Shown: positions 37,878 through 48,289, numbered from the stretch's first letter. The stretch: 64,000 bases of DNA from an uncultured Gemmatimonadales bacterium (GCA_963730185.1 CAVSQW010000002.1:1-64000); one strand, 5' to 3'. Made by a program: numbers and translations. Notes: a model not told the origin generated them from the sequence alone.

Positions 37878-38402
37878 ATGGCAGAGGAACAAGCGCAGGG
37901 CGCCGAAGAGGCGGGCGAGGGCGAGGCTCCCAAGAAGGGCGCCTCGAAGCTCCTCCTTCCGATCATCGTGGCGGTCGCGACGGTGGCCGGCGGCGTGGTG
38001 GGGGTGACGGTCGTCGCGCCCCGGCTGATCGCGGCCCGAGCCGCCTCCGCCGCGCCGGCCGACAGCGCCGACGGCGAGCATGGCGGCGGGGGTGGCGAGC
38101 CGGGTCCGCTCCTCAAGATGGACAACCTGATCGTCAACCCGGCCGGGGCACAGGGCACCCGCTTCCTGATGGTCTCGGTGGCCGTCGAGGCGCCCACCCC
38201 CAAGGTCGGTGACGAGCTTCGGGCCCAGGAGCTCCGGATTCGGGACCTGATCATCGGACTGCTGGAGCGGCAGACGATGCAGGACCTGAGCACGCCCGGC
38301 ATCCGAGAGGAACTCAAGGGGCAGATCGCGGATACCATCGGCGCCCTGATGGGGCAGGCGGGGAAGATCCGGGTGCTCCTTCCTCAGTTCGTGGTCCAAT
38401 AG
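37878..38402 (+). CDS. fliL: FliL
   Basis: TM, then LIVNPAG..RFL..IRDLII..QFVVQ. Confidence 0.88.
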   Translation: MAEEQAQGAEEAGEGEAPKKGASKLLLPIIVAVATVAGGVVGVTVVAPRLIAARAASAAPADSADGEHGGGGGEPGPLLKMDNLIVNPAGAQGTRFLMVSVAVEAPTPKVGDELRAQELRIRDLIIGLLERQTMQDLSTPGIREELKGQIADTIGALMGQAGKIRVLLPQFVVQ

Positions 38403-38423
38403 GCCGGGCGGAGGCACCTTCCC

Positions 38424-39476
38424 GTGAGCGGCACCGGATCGTCCGGCTTCGGCCGGGGTGAGATCGACAACCTCACCCAGACGGACGTCGATCGGCTCCT
38501 CCAGAGTCGGGGCGGCCGCCCGGCGCGCGAGCGTCACCCGGCCGTCGAGATCGTCCCCTACAACTTCCTCCGTCCGCCCCGGATCTCGAAGGACCGGCGG
38601 GCGGTCCTCAATTCGATCTTCAGTCGCTTCGCCGCCACGGTGCAGTCGATGCTCTCCTCCCGCCTCCGGGTGGTGATGGACATCTCCTGCTCGGTGGAGC
38701 AGGCCAGCTTCGGCGAGTACACGATGTCGATCGCGTCGCCTTGTGCCGCCTTCGTCTTCGAGCTCGGGAGCACGGCCCAGGGCGAGGGGGCGATCGACTT
38801 CAGCACCGAGCTGGCCTTCTTCTTCATCGATCGGATCTTCGGCGGTCCCGGTGACCCGGTCCGCCTGGACCGGCCCCTCACGTCCCTCGAGCGGACCGTG
38901 ATGCGAGGCATCGCCGACCGGGTGCTGGTCTCCCTGCAGGAGGCCTGGGCCGAGCATCTCGGCCTCGAGCCCAAGGTCCTCGGCTTCGAGTCCACCCCCG
39001 ATTTGCTCCGGATCGCCAACGCCGAGGACAACGTCCTGGTGGTGAACATGGAGGTTCGGTCGGGCAACACCTCGGGCCTGATCGTCTGCTGCATCCCGCT
39101 GCTCGCCCTCGAAGGCTTCCTGAGCGAGAAGACCTCCGCCCGGCAGGCCGTGGCCCCGGGACGGGCCGCCATGCTGGGGCAGTTCCGGAAGACGATCGAG
39201 GAGCGCCTCCGCGCGGCCCGGGTGGAGCTGGCGGTCCGTTTTCCGCCGCTTCGCCTGAGCGCCCGTGAGATCGCCGAGCTCAAAGTCGGCCAGATCATCG
39301 CGACCACCCAGCCCATCGACGGGCCGGTGGAGCTCCACATCAACGGCCAGCGCCGCTTCCGCGGCGTGATCGGGGACAACCAGAAGGCCCTGGGCTTCCG
39401 AATCACCGAACCGACCGACCGCGCCACCGTTGGCGCCCTCGACCGGCCCACCCGAGGAAGGATCAGAACAGCATGA
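38424..39476 (+). CDS. fliM: FliM
   Basis: LTQTDVDRLL, YNFLRPPRISKD, DRIFGGPG. Confidence 0.9.
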   Translation: MSGTGSSGFGRGEIDNLTQTDVDRLLQSRGGRPARERHPAVEIVPYNFLRPPRISKDRRAVLNSIFSRFAATVQSMLSSRLRVVMDISCSVEQASFGEYTMSIASPCAAFVFELGSTAQGEGAIDFSTELAFFFIDRIFGGPGDPVRLDRPLTSLERTVMRGIADRVLVSLQEAWAEHLGLEPKVLGFESTPDLLRIANAEDNVLVVNMEVRSGNTSGLIVCCIPLLALEGFLSEKTSARQAVAPGRAAMLGQFRKTIEERLRAARVELAVRFPPLRLSAREIAELKVGQIIATTQPIDGPVELHINGQRRFRGVIGDNQKALGFRITEPTDRATVGALDRPTRGRIRTA

Positions 39477-39781
39477 GCGACGCCGCAGCGAAGGCCACGG
39501 CGCCGGTCGCCCCGCGGGGCGAGGACGCCCGGTCGTTCGACAGCCTGATGGACATGAGCCTGCCGGTGATCATCGAGTTCGGCCGCACCGCGATGACCTT
39601 GCAGGAAGTCCTCGCGCTGGCCAGCGGCTCGGTCATCCGGCTGGAGCGGATGGTCGGCGAGCCGATCGACATCTTCGTGAGCGACCGCAAGCTCGCCGAG
39701 GGTGAAGTGGTGGTCATTGGCGAGCACTTCGGGGTTCGGATCACCCGGCTCCTGACCGAGCAGGGCGAGCCCGAGCAATGA
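39473..39781 (+). CDS. fliN: FliN
   Basis: EFGRT..GSVIRL..GEVVVIGEHFGVRIT. Confidence 0.92.
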   Translation: MSDAAAKATAPVAPRGEDARSFDSLMDMSLPVIIEFGRTAMTLQEVLALASGSVIRLERMVGEPIDIFVSDRKLAEGEVVVIGEHFGVRITRLLTEQGEPEQ

Positions 39782-40995
39782 GCGTTCAGGCGGTGGCCGG
39801 CCTGATCGGCGCGTTCGCGCTCACGGGCGGCCTGCTTCTCCTCACGGTCCGACTGCTCCGCCACCTGCAAGGCGGGTTCAAACGGTCGCAGCGACTCCCG
39901 TTCGAGGTGGTGCAGCGACATGCGCTGGGGCCCAAACAGGGCCTCGTGGTCATCCGTCTCGGCGCCCGGGTGCTGGTGCTGGCGACCGCCGACCAGGGCT
40001 CGCGGCTGGTGACCGAGCTCCGGGGCGACGACCGGGACGCGATCCTCGAGGCGCCCGCCGCCGGCCGGCCGGTGGTCCGGTCGCGGAAGGACCCCGACTT
40101 CAAGAAGCTGCTGGCCCGGCTCACCCTGGTGGCCCTGCTCGGCCTCGGGCTGAGCGGACCGGTGCAGGGTCAGGCCCGCCCGGCTCCGGCCGGTGCCGGC
40201 CCCGTCCGGCCGGACACCGGGAGGGTGCTCCCGGTGTCGCCCCCCAGCTCGGTGGCCCCCAGGCCCGAACGGCGCGCCCCGGCCCAGGCCATTCAAGGTC
40301 CCCGGGTCTCGGCGCCGACCGCCCCCAACATCGAGGTCAAGATCGGCCAGGGCGCGGAGTCGCTCCACCTGTCCGGCACGGTCGGGCTGGTGGTCTTCCT
40401 CGGGGCCCTGACGCTGCTGCCGGCCGTGGTCCTGCTGATGACCAGCTTCACCCGGATCCTGGTGGTGCTCCACTTTCTCCGTTCGGCGCTCGGAACGCAG
40501 GGGAGCCCGCCCGGTCAGCTGATGGTGGCGATCGCGGTGCTGCTCACCGGGGTCGTGATGCAGCCGGTCATTGCCGAGGTCAACCAGACCGCGGTCCAAC
40601 CCTACTTCGACGGCCAGATCCAACAGGCCGAAGCCTACACCCGGGCCCTCCAGCCCCTTCGCCGGTTCATGCTGGCGAACGTCCGGGAGCGGGACCTGGC
40701 GACCTTCGCCGAGATGGGCGGGGTGGCGGACGTCGACTCGTTCGACGACGTCCCGACCGTCACCATCGTGTCGGCCTTCGTCACCAGCGAGCTCCAGTCG
40801 GCCTTCTGGATGGGGTTCGTGATCTTCCTCCCCTTCGTGGTGGTCGACCTCATCGTGGCGACCTCACTCATGAGCCTCGGCATGTTCATGGTGCCGCCGG
40901 TCATGATTTCGCTCCCCTTCAAGCTGCTCCTCTTCGTGCTCGCCGACGGCTGGTCCCTCGTGGCCCAGAACCTGGTGGCGAGCTTCCACCGGTGA
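39778..40995 (+). CDS. fliP: FliO-FliP fusion protein
   Basis: FliO-like N-terminus (TM + VVQRHALGPKQGLVVIRLG) in frame with FliP (MTSFTRI, LGTQGSPP, SLPFKLLLFVLADGW). Confidence 0.85.
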   Translation: MSVQAVAGLIGAFALTGGLLLLTVRLLRHLQGGFKRSQRLPFEVVQRHALGPKQGLVVIRLGARVLVLATADQGSRLVTELRGDDRDAILEAPAAGRPVVRSRKDPDFKKLLARLTLVALLGLGLSGPVQGQARPAPAGAGPVRPDTGRVLPVSPPSSVAPRPERRAPAQAIQGPRVSAPTAPNIEVKIGQGAESLHLSGTVGLVVFLGALTLLPAVVLLMTSFTRILVVLHFLRSALGTQGSPPGQLMVAIAVLLTGVVMQPVIAEVNQTAVQPYFDGQIQQAEAYTRALQPLRRFMLANVRERDLATFAEMGGVADVDSFDDVPTVTIVSAFVTSELQSAFWMGFVIFLPFVVVDLIVATSLMSLGMFMVPPVMISLPFKLLLFVLADGWSLVAQNLVASFHR

Positions 40996-40999
40996 GCCG

Positions 41000-41269
41000 A
41001 TGAACGCCGCGTTCGCCGCCGATCTCATTCGCCGGGGGGTGATGCTCACCCTCATGGTGTCGGCGCCGCTGTTGGTCACCGCGCTGGTGGTCGGCCTCCT
41101 GGTGACGCTGCTCCAGGCCATCACTCAGCTCCAGGAGCAGACCCTCACCTTCCTGCCCAAGGTGCTCACCATGGCGCTGGTCCTGCTCCTGGTGCTGCCC
41201 TGGATGCTTCGGGAGCTGGTGGAGTTCCTGGTGATGGCTCTCCGGACGTTGCCGTCGGTGAACGGATGA
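41000..41269 (+). CDS. fliQ: FliQ
   Basis: QAITQLQEQTLTFLPK. Confidence 0.93.
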   Translation: MNAAFAADLIRRGVMLTLMVSAPLLVTALVVGLLVTLLQAITQLQEQTLTFLPKVLTMALVLLLVLPWMLRELVEFLVMALRTLPSVNG

Positions 41270-42057
41270 CCGGGTTCGGCAACCTCCTCGCGCCCGGCGC
41301 CTGGCCCGCCTTCGTGTACATCTCGATGCGGCTGACCGGACTCATGCTGGTCGCGCCCTTCTGGTCGATGGTGGGCGTGCCCCGAACCGTCCGCGGCGCG
41401 ATGGTGGTGGTGATCGCCGCCGCCCTGATCCCGTTGGCGCCGGCCGTGTCGTTCCCGCCCCGGGTGCTCGATCTCCCGCTGCCGCTGATCACCGAGCTCT
41501 TGATCGGGCTCGGGATCGGCCTGGTCGCGGCGGTGATCCAGCACGCTCTGATGCTGGCCAGCGAGGTGGTCGCGATGCAGTCGGGGCTCTCCTTCGGGCA
41601 GCTCCTCACGGCCGATATCGAGACCGGCGGCCCGGCGATCTCCCAGCTCTACGGCTATGTGGGCCTCGCGACCTTCGTCGGCATCGGCGGTCACCTGATG
41701 CTGCTCGAGGCCCTCGGCCGGAGCCTCGCCACGGTCCCGCCGGGCTCGCTTCCGACCTTCGCCGGCGGGCCCGACCAGGTGATTGCGGTGACGGGTGAGC
41801 TCTTCCGCGACGCGATTCAGATCGCCGCCCCGGTGATGGTGGCGCTCACCATCAGCAATCTGGCGATGGCCATCCTCAGCCGGGCCGTGCCCCAGCTCAA
41901 CGCGATGGCCATGTCGTTCGCGGTGTCCATTGGGGTGGCGCTGGTGATCTTCGGCACCGCCTTGCCGCTGCTCAGTCGGGTCGTGGGCCGGTGGTACGGC
42001 GCGATCCCGATCGCGGCGGACGCGATGGTGGGCGCCATCGCGGGAACGGGACGGTAG
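41266..42057 (+). CDS. fliR: FliR
   Basis: Multi-TM, GGHLMLL, LSRAVPQLN. Confidence 0.9.
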   Translation: MTGFGNLLAPGAWPAFVYISMRLTGLMLVAPFWSMVGVPRTVRGAMVVVIAAALIPLAPAVSFPPRVLDLPLPLITELLIGLGIGLVAAVIQHALMLASEVVAMQSGLSFGQLLTADIETGGPAISQLYGYVGLATFVGIGGHLMLLEALGRSLATVPPGSLPTFAGGPDQVIAVTGELFRDAIQIAAPVMVALTISNLAMAILSRAVPQLNAMAMSFAVSIGVALVIFGTALPLLSRVVGRWYGAIPIAADAMVGAIAGTGR

Positions 42058-42060
42058 GGT

Positions 42061-43161
42061 ATGGCCGAAAACGAAAGCGACGAGGAAAAGAATGAGGAGC
42101 CGACCGCCCGACGGCGGGACGACGCCCGGAAGGAGGGCCGGATCGCCAAGAGCCAGGAGCTCACGGCGGCGGTCCTGCTCCTGGCCGGCACCGCGTTGCT
42201 GGCGTCGTTGGGTGGGGGCTTTGCGGACCACCTGCTCGGTCTCTTCCGGAACGTCCCGGTGATCCTCCAGGCGACCCCGCCGGAGCTGTCGGGCGTGGTG
42301 CGGATCGCCCGAAACCTGATCATCAGCACCGTGCTCGCCATGGCGCCGTTCGGGATCGGCCTGATGGTCGCCGCGGTCGCCATCGGGCTGCTGCAGACCC
42401 GCGGGCTCGCGACCAGCAAGCCGCTGGAGCCCAAGTGGGAGCGGATCAACCCGATGGCCGGGCTCAAGCGGATGCTCGGCGCCAACGCCGCCATCAATCT
42501 GGTCAAGGCGACCCTCAAGCTGGTCCTCCTCGGCTTCATCACCTACTTGGTGCTCAAGCGGGCGCTGCCGCGCTTCGTCGAGCTGGGCGACGCGGCGCCA
42601 CCCGCGATCGTGACGGTGCTCCGCGCGAACGTGCTCCGGCTGGTGGCCACCGTCGGCCTCGCGTTTCTGGGGCTCGGGGTCTTCGACTTCGGGGTGCAGT
42701 TCTTCCGGACCGAGAAGGGCCTCAAGATGTCGCGCCACGAGATCCAGCAGGAGCACAAGGAGCAGGAAGGCGACCCCCAGATCAAGGCCCGGGTCCGCCA
42801 GATCGCCCGGCAGCGGGCCCGCCAGCGGATGCTCGCCGCCGTGACCACCGCCGACGTGGTGATCACCAACCCGACCCACATCGCCGTGGCGCTCAGGTAC
42901 GACACCAAGGTGTCGCCCGCCCCGGTCGTGGTCGCCATGGGCGAGCGGAAGATGGCGGAGCGGATCAAGCGGCTCGCCGCCGGCGCGGGCGTCCCGATGA
43001 TCGAGAACAAGCCGCTGGCCCGGGCGCTGCTCGCGACCTGCACCGTCGGCCTGCCGATTCCGCCCGCCCTCTACGTCGCGGTGGCCGAGATCCTCGCCTT
43101 CGTCTACCGGAAGCGGCGGCAGATGCCGGCCGGGCTGACGCTTGAGGGGAGCCGGGCATGA
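42061..43161 (+). CDS. flhB: FlhB
   Basis: EEPTARR, EGDPQIK, TNPTH cleavage site. Confidence 0.95.
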   Translation: MAENESDEEKNEEPTARRRDDARKEGRIAKSQELTAAVLLLAGTALLASLGGGFADHLLGLFRNVPVILQATPPELSGVVRIARNLIISTVLAMAPFGIGLMVAAVAIGLLQTRGLATSKPLEPKWERINPMAGLKRMLGANAAINLVKATLKLVLLGFITYLVLKRALPRFVELGDAAPPAIVTVLRANVLRLVATVGLAFLGLGVFDFGVQFFRTEKGLKMSRHEIQQEHKEQEGDPQIKARVRQIARQRARQRMLAAVTTADVVITNPTHIAVALRYDTKVSPAPVVVAMGERKMAERIKRLAAGAGVPMIENKPLARALLATCTVGLPIPPALYVAVAEILAFVYRKRRQMPAGLTLEGSRA

Positions 43162-45335
43162 GCGCGCCACCGGTGATGAGCTCCACCCCGATCCCCACTA
43201 CCCGATCGTCCAGCCTGACCGGATCGAGCGGAGGACACGTGCGCGATCACGGCAGCGGCGCGACCGCCCCGGCCCGGAAGCTGGTGAGCGCGAGCGCCGA
43301 GACCTACCTCGCCATCGGCGTGGTGGTGATCGTGGCGCTCCTGATCCTCCCGCTGCCCCCGCCGGTGCTCGACGCCATGCTGGCATTGAGCATCGGGCTC
43401 TCGATCCTGGTGCTGCTGGTGGCGATCTCGTCCAACGAGCCGCTCGAGTTCTCGGTCTTCCCGAGCCTGCTCCTGCTGGTGACACTGCTTCGCCTCGGCC
43501 TCAACGTGAGCAGCACCCGGCTGATCCTCAGCTCCGGCCGGGCCGGCCGGGTGATCGAGGCGTTCGGCAACTTCGTGGTGGGCGGCAACGTCGTCGTTGG
43601 GCTGGTGATCTTCCTGATCCTGGTCGTCATCAACTTCATGGTGATCACCAAGGGCGCCGGCCGGATCGCCGAAGTCGCGGCCCGGTTTACGCTCGACGCC
43701 ATGCCGGGCCGGCAGATGAGCATCGACGCCGACCTGAGCGCCGGGCTCATCGACGAGTCCGAGGCTCGAGCCCGCCGGGAAGAGATCAGCAAGTACGCCG
43801 ACTTCTACGGTGCCATGGACGGTGCCGCCAAGTTTGTCCGCGGCGACGCCGCGGCCGGCCTGGTGATCACCGGCATCAACTTGCTCGGCGGGTTCGTGAT
43901 CGGGATGACCCAGCAGGGGCTCTCGGCCGCCGACTCGCTCCAGACCTATACCAAGCTCACCGTCGGCGACGGCCTGGTCACCCAGATCCCGGCCCTGATC
44001 GTGAGCACCGCCGCCGGTATGTTGGTGACCTACGGGTCGTCCAACCCGGCCATGGGTCCGACTCTCGGGGCCCAGCTGACCCGGTCGCCGCGGACCATGA
44101 TCACCGCGGGTTCCATCCTCGGGCTCTTCGGGCTCGTGCCCGGACTGCCGACCGTCCCCTTCCTCCTCCTCGCCGGTCTGGCCATCGGGGGCGGGCTGGT
44201 CGGGCGACGGCGGGTGGCACGACGCGACGCGGCCGACGAAGCCGCCCGGGTCGAGGCCTTACCGGGTGAGAAGGCGCCGACCGCTCCGATCAAGGATCTG
44301 CTCGCGGTCGAGCCGCTCGAGCTCGAGATCGGCTATGCCCTGGTGCCGTTGGTCGACGAGGCGCAGCACGGCGACCTGGTCAAGCGGATCTCGCTCACCC
44401 GCCAGAAGCTCGCGATGGAGTTGGGGGTGATCGTGCCGCCGGCCCGGATCCGGGACAACATCCAGCTTCCGGCCACCGAATACGCCATCAAGCTCCGGGG
44501 AGTCCGGGTCGACGGCGGTGAGGTCATGCCGCGCTTCCTGCTGGCCCTCAACACCACCGGGGCCGGCACGCCGCTCGAGGGGATTCAGACCACCGACCCG
44601 AGCTTCGGGATCCCGGCCGTGTGGATCGCGGCCGAGCTCCGCCTCGAGGCCGAGGCGTCCGGCTACGCCGTCGTCGAGCCGGCGACGGTGATCTCCACCC
44701 ATCTGATGGAGACCGTCCGCCAGCACGCGGCGGACCTCCTGACCCGGCAACATACCCGCGAGCTCCTCGACGGCATCAAGGAGAGCCATCCGGCCCTGGT
44801 CGACGACGTGGTGCCCAACAAGCTCTCGCTCGGCACCGTGCACCGGGTCCTCCAGCGGCTCCTCAAGGAGTCGATCCCGATCCGGGACCTGGTCAGCATC
44901 CTCGAGGCCCTGAGCGACGCGGCCGACCAGACCAAGGATCCCGAGACCCTGACCGAGTTCGTCCGGCGAGCGCTGGGGAACGTGATCGTCCAGATCCACG
45001 ACCAGGGCGACGGGACCGTCCGCGGGATTACCGTGGGCCCCCGACTCGAGGCCGCGCTGATGCAGCTGTTCAGCCCCCGGCCGCTCCGGGACGGTGGCCG
45101 CACCATGGACCCCGACGAGCTCACCAACGCGCTCCGCCGGCTCAACGACCTGGCCCACGAGCACCGTCGCGACGGCGGCTGGCCCGCGATCATCACGCCC
45201 CCGACCCTCCGGGTCGGCGTCCGCCGCCTGATCGAGCCGGTGCTGCCCAAGGTTCCCGTTCTCTCGCTCGGAGAGCTGCCCACCCAGGCGCCCATCCTGA
45301 GCCTCGCCACCTGGGAGCTGCCCCGTGCCAATTAG
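43158..45335 (+). CDS. flhA: FlhA
   Basis: RIAEVAARFTLDAMPGRQMSIDADL, FYGAMDGAAKFVRGD. Confidence 0.96.
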   Translation: MSAPPVMSSTPIPTTRSSSLTGSSGGHVRDHGSGATAPARKLVSASAETYLAIGVVVIVALLILPLPPPVLDAMLALSIGLSILVLLVAISSNEPLEFSVFPSLLLLVTLLRLGLNVSSTRLILSSGRAGRVIEAFGNFVVGGNVVVGLVIFLILVVINFMVITKGAGRIAEVAARFTLDAMPGRQMSIDADLSAGLIDESEARARREEISKYADFYGAMDGAAKFVRGDAAAGLVITGINLLGGFVIGMTQQGLSAADSLQTYTKLTVGDGLVTQIPALIVSTAAGMLVTYGSSNPAMGPTLGAQLTRSPRTMITAGSILGLFGLVPGLPTVPFLLLAGLAIGGGLVGRRRVARRDAADEAARVEALPGEKAPTAPIKDLLAVEPLELEIGYALVPLVDEAQHGDLVKRISLTRQKLAMELGVIVPPARIRDNIQLPATEYAIKLRGVRVDGGEVMPRFLLALNTTGAGTPLEGIQTTDPSFGIPAVWIAAELRLEAEASGYAVVEPATVISTHLMETVRQHAADLLTRQHTRELLDGIKESHPALVDDVVPNKLSLGTVHRVLQRLLKESIPIRDLVSILEALSDAADQTKDPETLTEFVRRALGNVIVQIHDQGDGTVRGITVGPRLEAALMQLFSPRPLRDGGRTMDPDELTNALRRLNDLAHEHRRDGGWPAIITPPTLRVGVRRLIEPVLPKVPVLSLGELPTQAPILSLATWELPRAN

Positions 45336-46173
45336 GACCTTCGTCGGCCCGAACTTGTCGACCCTGCTCAAGCAGGCGCAGCGAACCATCGGCGCCGACG
45401 CCGTCATTCTCCACACCCGCCGGGTCAGGACGCCCAAGGGGCCCGCCTTCGAGCTTCTCGCCGCCGATCCCTCGAGCGCCAGCCGGCGGGTCCGGCTCCG
45501 CCCCGAGGGACCGGCCGCCGCGCTCGAGACCATGGTGCCGACCTTCCCGGGGCACGGTCCGCTCGTGATCGGGCTGGTCGGGCCGACCGGGTCGGGCAAG
45601 ACCACGACGCTCGCCAAGCTCGCCACCAATCCCCGGGTGTTCGGCGGGCGCCGGGTCGGGGTGGTGTCGCTCGACACCTACCGGGTGGGCGCCTTGGAGC
45701 AGCTCGGCACCTATGCCGCGATCGGCGGCCTGCCGCTCGAGGTCGCCTACCGGCTCGAGGACGTGACCCGGATCCGGACCCGCTTCCAGGACCGGGATGT
45801 GATCCTGGTGGATACCCCGGGTCGGAGCCCGCGGAACCGGCGCGACCGGCTGGCGGTGGAAGGGCTGCTCGCCGGGTTGGAGCCCACCGAGGTGCACCTG
45901 GTGTTGCCGGCCGCGATCCCGCTCTCCACCGGACGGCGGCTGATCGAGGACGGGCGCCGGATTGGGGTAAGCCATCTGCTGGCCACCAAGGCCGACGAGG
46001 CGGGCGACGAGTCGCACGTCTTCGACCTCGCAGTCGAGTCGGGCTTGCCCATTCGCTGGGAGACGTCGGGCCAGGAGGTCCCCTTCGACCTCGGGTCGCC
46101 CGCCGAATCGCTCGAGGCCGTCCGGCTGGCGCGCTCGGACCAGGCGCTGCTGGTGGGGGAGGACGTGGTATGA
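45325..46173 (+). CDS. flhF: Compact FlhF SRP-type GTPase
   Basis: GADAVIL N-terminus, GPTGSGKTTTLAKLA, DTYRVGA, DTPG, TKADE. Confidence 0.88.
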   Translation: MPIRTFVGPNLSTLLKQAQRTIGADAVILHTRRVRTPKGPAFELLAADPSSASRRVRLRPEGPAAALETMVPTFPGHGPLVIGLVGPTGSGKTTTLAKLATNPRVFGGRRVGVVSLDTYRVGALEQLGTYAAIGGLPLEVAYRLEDVTRIRTRFQDRDVILVDTPGRSPRNRRDRLAVEGLLAGLEPTEVHLVLPAAIPLSTGRRLIEDGRRIGVSHLLATKADEAGDESHVFDLAVESGLPIRWETSGQEVPFDLGSPAESLEAVRLARSDQALLVGEDVV

Positions 46174-47021
46174 ACGATCAGGCTCTTCGGCTCCGGCAAC
46201 TCGCCGCCGAGTCGGTCCCGGCGCCCACCGATTTCAACGGTCCCCCGGTGATCGTCATCGGGAGCGGCAAGGGCGGAGTGGGGAAGTCGGTCCTCGCCGT
46301 CCTCACGGCCCAGGCGCTGGGCGAGCGCGGGCTCCGGGTGCTCCTGCTCGACGGCTCCCAGAACCTGGGCCACCTCCAGGTGTTGCTGGGCGTGGCGGTG
46401 CAGGCCCGGCTGGAACAGCTGGCCCGGGGCGAGGCCACCCCGGAGTCGCTGCTCCACCGGGTGACCGAGCGGATCTGGCTGGTCCCCGGCGACTCCGGGG
46501 CCGAGGGGCTCTACGCCCTCCCGGCCGTCGACTCGGCCCGCCTGCATCACCGGCTCTGCAGCCTGTACGACGAATTCGACGCGGTGGTGGTCGACGCCGG
46601 CCCCGGGATCGAAGGCGTGGTCCGCCTGTCGACCATGCGGGGCACCCGCCTGGTGGTCGTGACCATGCCCGAAGCCGCCGCGCTGACCGACGCCTACGCC
46701 CTGATCAAGCTGGTCCACGTGCAGCTGCCCACCCTCCCGATCGACGTGCTCGTGAACCGGGTCATGTCGGAGGAGGAGGCGACCGTGGCCTTCGAGCGTC
46801 TGGCCGGCGCCGCCGAGCGGTTCCTGGCCCGCTCGGTCGGTTCGTTGGGAGCCCTGCCAGAGACGCCGGAGCTTCGGGAGGCGATGCGCCGTCCCGGGGC
46901 CCTTCTGACCGACCTCCACCTGGCCGCGCTCAGGGAGCGGGTGGCCGCCCTCGATCTCCGGATCGGCGGGGCGGAGCGGATGGAGGCCGTCCCGGTGCGA
47001 CCCGAGGAGTCAACGTCATGA
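46170..47021 (+). CDS. flhG: FlhG/FleN MinD-like ATPase
   Basis: DQALRLR, SGKGGVGKS, LTDAYALIK. Confidence 0.9.
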   Translation: MNDQALRLRQLAAESVPAPTDFNGPPVIVIGSGKGGVGKSVLAVLTAQALGERGLRVLLLDGSQNLGHLQVLLGVAVQARLEQLARGEATPESLLHRVTERIWLVPGDSGAEGLYALPAVDSARLHHRLCSLYDEFDAVVVDAGPGIEGVVRLSTMRGTRLVVVTMPEAAALTDAYALIKLVHVQLPTLPIDVLVNRVMSEEEATVAFERLAGAAERFLARSVGSLGALPETPELREAMRRPGALLTDLHLAALRERVAALDLRIGGAERMEAVPVRPEESTS

Positions 47022-47782
47022 CGTCCGTCACCGATCAACTCTGGGAGCGCTACACCGACACGGGAGACCCCGAGGCTCGGTCCGAGCTCCTGGATCGTTA
47101 CCTGGGCCTGGTGCATCACTGCGCCCGGGACACCGCCAACCGGATCGGCAACGCGGTGGAGTTCGAGGACCTGGTGGGAGCCGGCACGCTCGGCCTGGTG
47201 CAGGCGCTCGAGGGCTTCGACCTCAAGCGCGGCCTGGCCTTCAGTACCTACGCGGTCCGGCGGATCCGGGGTGCCATCCTCGATGAGCTTCGGAGCCGCG
47301 ACTGGCGGCCCAGGAGCGTCCGGGTCAAGGGGCGGCAACTCGCCGCCGTGGTCTCGACGCTCCAGGTGGAGCTCGGCCGGGCGCCCGAGGCGCAGGAGGT
47401 CGCAATCGCGATGGGTGTCGATCTCCCCACCTACTACCGGATGAAGGAAGACGTCGAGGGCGGGGTGATGCTGTCCCTCTCCGGGGCCGTGGCCCGCGGC
47501 GGCGACGACGCCCCCCGGCTGGAGGACACGCTCGCCGACGAGAACAGCGACGCCTCCATAACCCGGGTCGGCCAGGGCGACCGGGTCCGGCGGGTCAAAG
47601 AGGCCATCGCGGGCCTCCCGGCCCGGGAACGGACCGTGCTGGCGCTCTACTACTACGAGGAGCTCAACCTCAAAGAAATCGCCGAGGTGCTCCACGTCAC
47701 GGAGTCGCGGATCAGCCAGATCCGGACCCAGGCGCTCCGCCGCCTGCGGGAATACTCCACCCTCACTGCGGAGGACTTGTGA
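47018..47782 (+). CDS. fliA: Flagellar sigma factor FliA (sigma28)
   Basis: FSTYAVRRIRGAILDELRSRDW.PRS, LYYYEELNLKEIAEVL.VTESRISQI. Confidence 0.95.
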   Translation: MTSVTDQLWERYTDTGDPEARSELLDRYLGLVHHCARDTANRIGNAVEFEDLVGAGTLGLVQALEGFDLKRGLAFSTYAVRRIRGAILDELRSRDWRPRSVRVKGRQLAAVVSTLQVELGRAPEAQEVAIAMGVDLPTYYRMKEDVEGGVMLSLSGAVARGGDDAPRLEDTLADENSDASITRVGQGDRVRRVKEAIAGLPARERTVLALYYYEELNLKEIAEVLHVTESRISQIRTQALRRLREYSTLTAEDL

Positions 47783-48240
47783 ACCGGCGAATCTGGGCGG
47801 CCGTGCTGGCTACGGTCGGGGTGATGGGGACCACATCGGTGCTCCAGCATACCGACGCCTGGCGGACCAACGTCGCCTCGGCCCGGCGCGAGCTCGCCGA
47901 CCGCGGCGGTCCGGCCTGGCGCTGGGCGGTCGGTCATCGGGACGCCATCGGGGTCGGCACGGCCGCGATTGGCGTGCTGCTGCTGGTCGGTCTCCGGCTG
48001 CGCCGCCGGCCGGAACGACGCGGCCATGCCGCCCCGTGGCAGCAGGTGATCGAAATGGCGACCTCCGGCCAGGAGATCGACGAGATCGCGCGGGCCACGC
48101 ACCTGGCCCAGGACGCGGTCCGGATCCTTCTGACCCCGGTTCCCTTGGACCCGGCGCTGCCGCCGGGAAGAACCTTCCGGCATGATCGACCGGTTCCGGT
48201 CCCGAGCCCAGGCCGCCGCAAGCCGGGCCGCCGTCGGTGA
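47779..48240 (+). CDS. Membrane-anchored protein with C-terminal HTH-like domain (DUF2802/DUF6115-like)
   Basis: TM (IGVGTAAIGVLLLVGL), then VIEMATSGQEIDEIARATHLAQDAVRILL; follows fliA. Confidence 0.55.
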   Translation: MNRRIWAAVLATVGVMGTTSVLQHTDAWRTNVASARRELADRGGPAWRWAVGHRDAIGVGTAAIGVLLLVGLRLRRRPERRGHAAPWQQVIEMATSGQEIDEIARATHLAQDAVRILLTPVPLDPALPPGRTFRHDRPVPVPSPGRRKPGRRR

Positions 48241-48289
48241 AGTGATGGTACCGCAAGCGGTTCGGGCCGCTTCCCGAAAACGCGGCGCG

